This document shows, one piece after another, positions 33,471-44,348 of a DNA stretch of 47,260 nucleotides (position 1 is its first letter; each line of letters begins with the position of its first letter). Under the pieces are notes generated by a model. The model did not search any database. It was not told the origin of the DNA and saw only the letters and a program-made list of their open reading frames with translations. Origin of the DNA: Malacoraja senta (lineage: Eukaryota). Both the position numbers and the translations under genes were made by a program. The DNA is taken from assembly GCA_038087875.1 (NCBI GenBank), contig JAXLNO010000277.1, forward strand, positions 1 to 47,260. Direction: 5' to 3'.

Positions 33471-36100
33471 ATAATCCGCAAGTCTGTTTTAGGTGATTAT
33501 TTAGTTTAGCCCAGAATGCTGATTGGCATGCAAAAAAATATTTTTTCATTACCTGTAAGCACCCAAACAATTAATAGAGGTTGGAGGATGGCATGACAGG
33601 AATATGTAATTGAATACTGAAAATGCAAAGCTATTCATCAACCAAATAAGCAACATAGAACCCAGCCTGCAGGCATAAAGGGGTGGGAATCCCTGTTGTG
33701 CTCAGTTTTTGTCTGAAAAGTGAGTGAAGGGGAATCTGTTTTTGGATGTGATCTCCTGGGCTGAGAACTCTTATCATTTTGCCATCTACCAGACTGGCAG
33801 TAGTGGTTTCTGAATGTTTGTGTCTCCTGGCGAAAAGTAATCACCAGACCATATGAATATACTCATCAAAGGTCTAATGAATTTCTTTAAGATCCCATAG
33901 GCAGAAAACTAGATATGAGGCATTGGCAATTTCTGCTCTTTGCGCGTTGAAACTGAATGAAAGAATCCATCGGTGCATAATTTTTGGATAAAGTTTTGGA
34001 TAAACAAAATGAATTATGAGTTCAGCCACATAAGTAAAACTGATATTCTCTGCAGTAGGTTGTTGTTCATATATTATTAATGTTGATTTATGACGATAGG
34101 GAAGTCTTATATATGAAAATATGACTTTAGACTGAGTATTATGAATAAAGCTGAAGGCTATGAATTATATCCCAATACACAAATGTTTTTGAAATTTGAA
34201 TTTCTGACTCAATTGGATAATTTTCAAGATCTTTGATCAAGTTAGAAAAATGTCACAATACTTGCCTGGCCTTACTGTGTTATTTTCTATTATTACGTGA
34301 TTATGGCCCGTTACTAGATTGAACACAAGCACATTGACTCCGCAGAGTCGGGCCAGGGAGAGTCCCGTCCGGGACAGGATACCGTGACCCAGCGGTTAAC
34401 CAAAATGGAGCAGCTCATACAGGGGCTGCTGCACAAAGCCACACTCCAGGAGGAGTTGTGTGGGCGGGAGGCCATGGGGAAGGCTCCGCCGGCAGTGCCT
34501 GGTAGAGGCCTGCTTGAAAGCACCCTCTTTCAAGAGGTTAGTGCAGAAGGGCAGATAAGCTCTGACCCTAATTCCGACGACGACTTCGAAAGGCAGGACA
34601 GGCAGCTGCCATAGCTGACACCGTGTGCAGCACGGTTTGCCATGTCGTTGGAAGCTGGTGAGACTCTGTGTGAGGAACTTGCCACCAGTATAAATTACCT
34701 AGTCTCACACCAGCTACAGGAGCTGACAATTGATGAGACAGTAAGGAAGCATGAAGCCCAATCAACCGTGGCCTGTTAAAAGTTACTCTTGTGAACAGGA
34801 TGATTTGGGGCCAGATGGGCATACAAATGAGAGCCCAGGAGGTGAAGCTCCAGCATATTTTAAAGTTGCTGGGATCTGGCATAACTAGCTTTGCCAGGAT
34901 GGTGGATGGAGAGGACATGACAAAATTACAACAAGAGGTGCTGGCGCTATTGTGTAGTGCCCACTTTGAGATCAACTGCCTCCGCAAAATTGCGATTAGA
35001 CCAACCATCAATCCTAAATATGCTTCACTTTGCCAGCCTGGCACAGTGCAACCGGCAAATCTACTGTTTGGCGAGGATTTTGCAAAGCAGGTGCAGGAGC
35101 TAGAGGAGGAGGCCAAGAAGGTGGGCTTGATTAAGCAGCCAGCAGCCACATATCCACCGAAGCAGAAGTATCCCTATAAGCGAGGAGACTGGTCCGGGCA
35201 AGGGACAAGTCGAGCTACGATGCAGCGCAGTTGGCGTTCGGCTGTAGCAGCGCGAGGGAAGGTGGGATATCCAGCTCGAGGCCGGGGAAGGATGCCAGGT
35301 GGTAAGGAGGTATGTGGGTCTGGTTCTCATATAGACAGATCTAATGTAATACAATTAAACGTTGGACGAAGATTACATCTGTTCATAGAGGAATGGGAAC
35401 AAATTACCTCAGATATGTTTATACTGAATGTTATTGAAGGGTTTCGAATAGAGTTTAATGCAAATTCTGATTTACCCATGCAACATGTTCCAAAAAGGAG
35501 TTTTGACTTCAGTATCACTGAACAAATTGGAAGTTAAGGTGGAACTTGAAAGCTTATGTAATAAAGGTGTAATTGCTAAGGCAGTTTACCAAAGCCAACA
35601 GTTTGTGTCCAATATCTTTCCCAGACCAAAAAAGGATGGGGGATGCAGAATTATACTGGACCTGACTAGTCTTAACCCTTTTGTACTGTATAGACATTTT
35701 TAAGATGGAAACGTTTATGACGGCTAAGCAACTTGTTTCCAGAGGATGCTATATGGCAACTATAGATCTTAAAGATGCGTATTATTCAGTGTCTGTTCAA
35801 TTTGCAGGATAGAAGATATTTAAAATTCAGCTGGATGGGGCAATTATGGCAATACAATGCACTGCCTAATGGTTTGTCTTCAGCTCCTAGAGTGTTTATA
35901 AAGTTGTTAAAATCTATTCTAGGCATGATGAGAAGTCAAGGGCATGTGCTCATGGCTTAGCTAGATGATATCTTGATTGTAGGACAATCAAAGGAAACAG
36001 CTGAAGCATCAGTGGCAGTTGTTAAAACCACTTTTCAAAGATTGGGCTTCATAACCCATCCAGAGAAATCTAAATTAACACCTGTGACACAAATTGACTA

Positions 36101-36510
36101 CCTGACCAAGGAATAACCAACCTGACCTCACGGTGGCTCAGCACTTCAACTCCCCCTCCCATTCCGTATCTGACCTCTCTGTCCTGGGTCTCCTCCATGG
36201 CCACAGCGAGCAACACCGGAAATTGGAGGAAATGCACCTCATATTCCGCTTGGGCAGTCTACATCCTGGGGGCTTGAACATTGAATTCTCCCAATTTTGC
36301 TAGCCCTTGCTGTCCCCTCCCCTTCATCAGCCCTCTGGTTGTCTCCTTCCCTCCCCCAGCCCTCGGGCTCCTACGCCTTTTTTCCTTTTTTCCTTTCTTC
36401 TCCCCACCCCCTATCAGTCTGAAGAAGGGTTTCGGCCCGAAACATTGCCTATTTCCTTCGTTCCATAGATGCTGCTGCACCCGCTGAGGTTCTCCAGCAT
36501 TTTTGTGTAC
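36101..36510 (+). mobile_element. Penelope 3' fragment inserted in the DIRS RT
   Basis: VAQHFNSP...RKLEEMHLIFRLG; TSD ACACAAATTGACTA at 36087-36100 and 36511-36524. Confidence 0.88.
36415..36450 (+). ncRNA. Minimal hammerhead-ribozyme-like core
   Basis: CTGAAGA, stem GGGT-TTCG-GCCC, GAAAC; the cleavage triplet region is altered (ATT). Confidence 0.55.
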
Positions 36511-38306
36511 ACACAAATTGACTATTTGGGTTTCACAATAATCAACATGATTGTGACCTTGCCCAGGCAAAAAAGGGTGGAGGTAATTGAGAGCTGTATC
36601 AAGTTAATTGCTGACACACAGCCTTCAATTAGACAGGTGGTGAGTCTGCTTGGGAAATTTGTGGCAGCATTTCCAGCAGTTCAACCTGGGCCACTTCATT
36701 ATCAACAATTACAAAGGTCAAAGGAACAAGCACTGAGGATAGATTTGGGTCATTATAATAGGCCTATGCGTCTATCAGTAGAGGCTGTTGCTGATGTACA
36801 ATGGTGGATTCAGCATGTGTCCACTAGTAGTTCCAAAGTGTTATTGGACCAAGCTTCCATGATTTTGCAGACAGATGTCAGTGCACTTGGGTGGGGTGCT
36901 ACTGATGCGAGATCCAGCTGTGGAGGCAGATGGACTGAGCAAGAGTCATTGCTTCTGCAAACATGGGGAATTAACCATTTAGAGCTTTTAGGAGTATTTT
37001 ATGGACTCAAGGATTATTGCACTAACAAAACTAGCTCGCATGTGCAGTGTCAAATAGACAACACTACAGCAGTTGCTTATATTAATCACATGGGTGGAAT
37101 CAAATCGTTATCATGTGACAGGTTGGCAAATCAAATTTGGACCTGGTGTATGGATAGAGATATTTGGGTTTCAGCTATCTAACTGCCAGGGAAACTCAAT
37201 GTAGTAGCAGATGCCAGGTCATGAAAATTCCGAGATAATACAGAGTGGATGTTGAACCAGGATGTGTTCAACAACATAGTACTTCTATATGGAATGCCAT
37301 ATATCGATTTGTTTGCATCCATGCTTAACCACCAGCTGCCAAAATATGTTTCATGGGAACCAGATCCAGGGGCAGTGGCAATTGACGCTTTTTCACTAAA
37401 TTGGGGTGATATGTTTGTGTACATTTTTCCAACCATTCTGCCTCATAGGTCGGTGTTTGCGGGGGGGAAAAAAAAAATCAAGCAGGATGCCGCTTCAAGG
37501 GTTTTGGTGATACCAAATTGGCCAACTCAACCATGGTTCCCTTTGATGTTACAGATAGCGATCCAACCTCCTTTGCTGATTCCAAAGAGTAGGAATTTGC
37601 TGGAGCATCCGGTAACGCGTGAAGTTCATCCGTTATGTGATGGTATTGATCTGTTAATTTGCAGGTTTGAAGAAGGCCTTACATGGGTCGAGGACTTTCT
37701 AGGCGAACGGTGGATATGCTCACTGCAGCCTGGAGAAAGAGTACTCAAAAGCAGTATATGACATGTAAAAAAATAAAAAAAATAAAAAAAATGGGAACAA
37801 TATTGTATTGAAAAGAATATTCAATATGATACTGTAGTTATTGAAAATGTGTTAGAGTTTTTATCCACACTTTATTATGATGAGGGTCTTAGCTATAGTG
37901 CTATCAATACAGCTAGAAGTGCTTTGTCCGCATATCTTGTAATAGGTACACGGACACAAAGTATAGGTTCTCACCCTCTCATATCTAGGTTGATGAAAGG
38001 AATCTTTAATTCCAAACCGCCTAAGGCTAGGTATATGGTTATCTGGGATGTAAGCGTTGTTCTTAACATGCTTCGTCATTGGGTCCCTGTCACGTCTATG
38101 ACTTTGTCAAAATTAACCATGAAATTGGCTATGCTAATGGCATTGTTTTCAGCACAGAGAGTGCAGACTTTGCAAAAACTTCAGTTGGATAGAATGGAAG
38201 TGACTACAGAGAATTTTATGTTTTATATTTATGACCTGCTCAAACAAAGCAGGCCAGGTTTGACAGGATTTAAGATTGTGTTCTCAGCATATCCTACAGA
38301 TCCATG

Positions 38307-39223
38307 CACATCAACAGGGGGCGCTACACTGAGGGCAGCCTCTGCCTGCAGCCTGTTCGTTTTTTCCCATCTTTTTTAAATTTTTAGTTAGTTTAATGTT
38401 TGTTCAGGGGGAAACTTTAACTTTTCTATGTGGGGGAGGGGGGTAGGGTAAGGGGGAAACTGTTTCCCAGTCGCTTCCTGGCGGGGACGCGACTATTTCT
38501 CCAAGTCGCGTCCTCGACCCCCTCCTCGCGGCCTACCACCTGGATCGGAGCGGCCTTTCCTGCCGGGGACCAGAAACTGGACCAGAGCTGGAACAGCGGT
38601 GCCGCGGCGCTGAATTCACCACAGAGCGGGCGATGCCGACGTGGATCGCCGTTTGGAGCTCGTGGAGCTGCGGTTTGGGAGAGCTTCCAGCGTTTAGGAG
38701 AGCTCCAACATCGTGGAGCTGCGGTTTGGGAGAGCTTCCAGCGCGGCCGGCACTGAATAACATCACGGAGTCCTGGGGCCCTTTGCCGAGGGCCGCCAGC
38801 GCTGCATCTCTGCATCTTTGCCCGGCGCGGCCTGCAGACTTTGGGCGCCGTGAACTCCGGTAGGAGGTGGCCGACTCTGATGTCCAAGCCGCTGAGGAGG
38901 TCACCCAGCCCCGACATCGGACTTACATCACCCCGGCGAGCGGGCCTGAACATCGGACCGCCCGTAGCGGCGACTGCCGTGGGCTCGGGGAGGCCCCGAC
39001 CACGGGTGAACAGCGGGGAACATTAGAGGAAGACGACTGACTTTGGTGCCTTCCCTCACAGTGGGAAAATTTGATTCTGCTGTGTGGGGATGTTTTATGT
39101 TGAACTCTATCATGTGTTGTGTTCTTATTTTTGATTGTATGGCTGTATGGCAATCACACATTTCACTGTGCCAACTGGCACATGTGACAAATAAAATAAT
39201 TTCAATTTCAATTTCAATTTCAA
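38307..39223 (+). mobile_element. GC-rich non-coding retroposed element, copy D, LINE-like 3' end and (ATTTCA)n tail
   Basis: Interrupts DIRS YR between ...YPTDPC and LCVRT; ends TTTCACTGTGCC...GGCACATGTGACAAATAAA. Confidence 0.75.
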
Positions 39224-40689
39224 TTATGTGTAAGGACAAATTTGTTACATTACATTGAAGCCACAAGGGCTTTAAGACATGAAGAAAGAGGATTATTTAT
39301 CAGCAGCAACATCGGCGGCCAGGGCGATGGACGTTCCCATCGACCATATACTAAAAGCCGCAGGGTGGCAAAATGAACTTGTGTTACAGCAATACTACCA
39401 TCGGCCGATTGCCGATGGAGGGCTGTTTGCAAACTCGATATTAAATTCTGTTAAATTCTGTTTCATTTTGCCCCTAAGTTAGAGGGTTTATTGTTTGTTT
39501 TATGACTAAAATAAAACTGTTATTGCATTATATTCAGTGTCATGTTTACAGCATTATTGATTATACTCAGAGTCAATCAATGCAGTGGGAAGCCGGGATT
39601 TTGATCTGCGGCATAAAATCACGGAGCTTTGAAATCTTCACGTAGTCACTCACGTGACTCTGAAGTAAAATAGTAAGATTAAACGAGAACTTACCAGTTT
39701 GAAGTTTGATCTTTATTTTATGAGGAGTTACGTTGGTGATTACGTGCCCGCCACGCCAAACCCTCTCTCATAGAAAAAAGGTCATAATGGTAGTTCTCAT
39801 GTTCCTCATCTTAATATGTTACTTCAATTATTGTGTTGTCTGTGATTTCATACCGCTGATTTGAAGATTGACGCGCATGCGCCCTGACGGGTTTTCTTCA
39901 CGTAATCACCAACGTAACTCCTCATAAAATAAAGATCAAACGTCAAACTGGTAAGTTCTCATTTAATCTTACTATTCTTATTACTTGCAGTCATTTCATT
40001 GATGTGTTATTCTAACTTGTTTGATTAAATATGGAATATAATTTTTTGGGGGGGTTTTAAATGTTCTTTTTTCTAATAATGTTAGCATTCAGCTGGCAGC
40101 ACTATGTATTTGGAAATAAAGAAATGGAAATGTCCTCTTGATATTGGAAAATGTTTTATATTTGGAGTGAAACATTTTCATTAACTCGCAGTTTTCCTCT
40201 AACATTATTCTTGGCATCATATGCTGTCTGATTTGTTTCAGTACTTCTATTTGTGCAAGTTAACATGCTTTGGAACTGTTCAGATGCAAAGGGGCAGGTA
40301 GAGATGTGCTGCTGAGTCAATTTGATTGGATTCAATTCTTGTTTCTGCCTGACATTCTCTTGTAAACTGCAGATACTTTATTTTTTCCTATATTGCAGTC
40401 AAAGATGAATTTGTTTTTTTCTCCACCTTAGCTGATGCATTTCTTTGGTAGTTCAAAGACAAGAAAAAGGTTATGATTCCTGGTTGTCATACTGAATTAA
40501 TATGGCATCGAGTATAAGATTTACTGGTAGAATTGTATTCACATTTTCCAAAATAATTGATGAACAAGTCCTTTTGTTGTGTATTTCATACTGCTTCTCC
40601 TATTCATTTTTTTTTGGATGTAATATAGAAAAGTACAACACAAGAACAGCTCCTTCAGCCTATAATTTTTGTTATTGTTAACTGTTTGG

Positions 40690-40802
40690 TAAAAGCAGGA
40701 ATGGGGTACTGATTTTCGTTGATCAGCCATGATACTTTTGAATGGCAATGCTGGCTCAAAGGGCCAAATGGCCCACTCCAGCATCTATTTTCTATGTTTC
40801 TT
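40690..40802 (+). mobile_element. CR1 3' UTR/tail fragment
   Basis: GATCAGCCATGAT...AAGGGCCAAATGGCC...TTTCTATGTTTC (compare 14975-15093). Confidence 0.8.
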
Positions 40803-41169
40803 TGTTATTAATATGATGCTTACTTAAATGAGTCTGTCATGCTTGCATGTGATCCACATCCCTCTCTGTACATTCATGTGTCTATCTAAAAGCCTCCTAA
40901 CATCACCATCGTATTTTATTCCAAGATGTATTGATACAGTTTCAGAAATTTGGTTCAATGATGGAGAAAGTGTACATCAACAATATAAAAGTACAAATGA
41001 AATATTTAAAAAAAAACAATAAAACAACAATAAAGCGATAAGAGAATTAGCTTAATTGTTGTAAAAAGCCAGATGATTCTCTCATCACATATTGTTTGAA
41101 CAATCATCTAGCTATCTTTTTAAATGTATAGCTCTTGGTATTTAACATTACTAGCACAGAATATTAATA

Positions 41170-42722
41170 CAGTACATTCAGAAAGTATTCAGACCCCTTC
41201 ACTTTTTCCACATGTTGTTACGTTACAGCCTTAGGTTAAAATGGATTAAATTAATTTTCTCATCATCCATCTACACACAATACCCCAGAATGAAGAAGCG
41301 AAAACAGGTGTTGAGAAATTTTTGCAAAGTAATTGAAAAGAAATAACTGAAATATAACATTTGCATAAGTATTCAGACCCTTTGCTATGACACTCCGAAT
41401 TGAGCTTAGTTTCATCCTGTTTCCAGTGATTATCCTCGACATGTTTCTACAACTTGATTGGAGTCCACTAGTGGTAAATTAAATTGATTGGACATGATTT
41501 GGAAAGGCACACACCTCTCTATGTAAGGTCCCACGGTTGAAAACCAAACCATGAAGATGAAGGAATTGTCCGTAGACCTCTGAGACAAGATTGTCTTGAG
41601 ACACAGATCTGGGAAAGGGTGTAAAACAATTTCTGCAGCATTGCAGGTCCCGAAGAGCACAGTGGCCTCCGTCATTCTTAAATGGAAGAACTTTGGAATG
41701 ACCAGGACTCATAGAGCTGGCAGCCCGGCCAAACTGAGCAATTGGGGGAGAAGGGTCTTGGTCAGGGAGGTGACCAAGAAACTTCCAGAAGGACAACTAT
41801 ATCTGTAGCACTCCACCGATCAGGCCGTTATGGTAGAGTGGCCAGACGGAAGCCACTCCTCAGTAAAAGGCACATGACAGCCCACTTGGAGTTTGCCAAA
41901 AGGCACCTAAAGGACGCTCAGTCCATGAGAAACAAGATTCTCTGGTCTGATGAAACCAAGATTGAACTATTTAACCTGAATGACAAGCATCATGTCTGGA
42001 GGAAACCAGACACCGCTCATCACCTGGCCAATACCATACCTACGGTGAAGCATGGTGGTGGCAGCAAAATGGTGTGGGGATGTTTTTCAGCCGCAGGAAC
42101 TGGGAGACTAGTCAGGATCGAGTTAAATATGAATGGAGCAAAGTACAGAGAGATCCTTGATGGAAACTGCTCCAGAGCATTCTGGACCTCAGACTGGGGC
42201 GGAGGTTCACCTTCCAACAGGACAAGGACCCTAAGCACACAGCCAAGACAACACAGGCGTGGCTTCGTGACAAGTCTGTGAATGTCCTTGAGTGGCCCAG
42301 CCAAAGCTCGGACTTGAACCCATTCGAACATCTCTGGAGGGACCTGAAAATAGCTGTGCATCGACGCTCCCCATCCAACTTGACAGAGCTTGAGAGGATC
42401 TGCAGAGAAGAATGGGAGAAATTACCCAAATACAGGTGTGCCAAGCTTGTTAGGTCATACACAAGAAGACTTGAGGCTGTAATCGCTGCCAAAGATGCCT
42501 CAACAAAGTACTGAGTAAAAGTACTTATGTAAATGTGATATTTCAGTTATTTCTTTTTAATTACTTTGCAAAATTTTCTAAACACCTGATATCGCTTTTT
42601 TATTATGGGGAATTGTGTAGATTGATGATAAAAAATTTTTTTTTAATCCATTTTAGAATAAGGCTGTAACATAACAAAATATGGAAAAAGTGAAGGGGTC
42701 TGAATACTTTCTGAATGCACGG
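41170..42722 (+). mobile_element. Tc1 transposon, IR-DR type (Passport/SSTN-like)
   Basis: ~200-bp TIRs starting CAGTACATTCAGAAAGTATTCAGACCCC, internal DR AAGTATTCAGACCC; TA TSD at 41168-41169 and 42723-42724. Confidence 0.95.
41551..42514 (+). pseudogene. Tc1 DD34E transposase (stop, deletion, frameshifts)
   Basis: [55 protein letters not shown]. Confidence 0.92.
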
Positions 42723-44348
42723 TATGTCCTTCTTCTGTTTTGCAGTACGAACAGACTAACCTTATTTAAAACAAACACTTAAAAAAAAAAACTCATTCTC
42801 ACATGGAAGGCATGAACAATAATTTCCTTCCCTATGTTGCTTTCAAAAAAAGGTAAACAATATACCACAATTATTTTTTTAATATAATTAAAATGCACAT
42901 AAGTTGTTTTCAAAAAGTGGAGGTCTATATTTTGTGCCATCTGTTCGATCCAGCCGACTATTTCCATGCAGGATTTGCAACTCCGATGCGCTCAATGATT
43001 ATTCATGTGATTCCTCGAATTTCCTCATGGAGATTGACAACTTTATATTAAAGAGCCTCTGGTTTCTCCAGATACAGTCTAGTGACAATGTGACCTCCAA
43101 CAAAGGATAAGAATAAACTCCATTGTATTTTCAACATTACAGAATGAAGCTGAATGATAAAAGTGGCAAGGAAATCAAATATTCATATATTATCTAATCA
43201 GATGACACAAAATAATATTTAAATTGTTTTAATAATTTAGGTAAAATCATCAGCATTCCAATCATGCTCCCTGTTTTCCTTTCAAACAATTCTCCAAGGG
43301 CAGTGGTGAGACTGCTTAAGTAAAACCAGTTCACGTATGCATATTTGGAAAAAATTGTTTTATTTTCTGCAACAATGCTTCTGCAACTAGATAAACAAAT
43401 GAAACTTCACGAAGGAGTATTACCAATTATGCCGCACACAGATCATTTCAAAGATAATTTAGCATAACGTTGTGTTGCCTACTCTTTGAAGCATGTTTTG
43501 TTTGATTTGCATCTGCAAATTATGCAAACCTAATCACAATAAAAACTTCACTGCATAAGGGAAAAGAAATGCAATATCATGTCACTCATTACCTCAATTG
43601 TCCCAAGATGTTTTACAGCCAATTAAATAACTTTGAAGTGCTTTCTCTACTGCAATGAAGAAACTCCAAGCCAACTGGTTCCAAGAACAGCAACGTGAGA
43701 AATGAAAGCAATTGTAGGCAATTTGTTCCCAATCCTCTCTTGTATTCAATAAGATATCATTCAATCTTCTACCCCAGCATCACTTTTCACACTAATCTGT
43801 TTCCCTTAATTTTCTTAATTTCCTTAAGGCAACGTGATAATGACCTGATATGCTGTTTCTTGTGATGTTGATGTGGATTGATATTAGCCTTGCTATCGGG
43901 AATAAATTTCCCCCAACTCTTTCTGGTACATGTGCCGTAAGATCTTTTACTTCCACCTGAGAAAGTGAACTGGGTTGTAGTTTAATATCTCACATCTAAT
44001 GTGCAGCATTCCCTTTATATTGCATGGAATCTGAGGCTAGATTGTAGATCATACTTCATTCACGTTCGCAACCAAAACACATTTTTCTTGATTTGTTTAT
44101 TGTCCAAACATCAAGCATAACTGTACTTTGTAATCAGTCTCCAAGAGGAGTCCAGCATCAAACAATAGGTAAGAAATTGCTAGATTAATTTAAGACCATT
44201 CTATGAGGAAAAATGCCAATAGTCCCTTGCACTACTAACAGTTCATGGTTCTAACAAACTGCTGACATTTTCTTGCACAATCTGATTTATTACGGAGGGA
44301 TCCTACTTCATTGAGATCCTAACTCTCAAATAAGGACTTTTAAAAATA

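Larger units (their letters stand above)
34333..39975 (+). mobile_element. DIRS1-type element, copy 2 (5'-truncated), with two inserts
   Basis: gag-like 34791+, RT (IDLKDAY, LDDILI), RNase H (TDVS.LGWG, INHLEL, IDNTTAVAYINHMGG), MT-like (IDLFAS, DAF), YR N-terminus (SAINTARSALS); ICR at 39636-39746; right ITR at ~39871-39975. Confidence 0.93.

Noticed and set aside
32100..34300. Host exons or conserved enhancers in unique DNA (also 40000-41100 and 42750-44300)
   Set aside because: No recognisable protein motif or convincing splice-bounded frame; conservation cannot be judged without alignments
37249..37761. Stand-alone DNA methyltransferase gene
   Set aside because: It is the MT-like domain normally found downstream of RT/RNase H in DIRS elements
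38480..38550. HDV-like ribozyme (CCTCCTCGCGG resembles HDV P3/L3)
   Set aside because: The would-be P1 strand pairs better in the local covarying hairpin, and no P2 3' strand or J4/2 could be placed. Kept only as an unassigned structured RNA.
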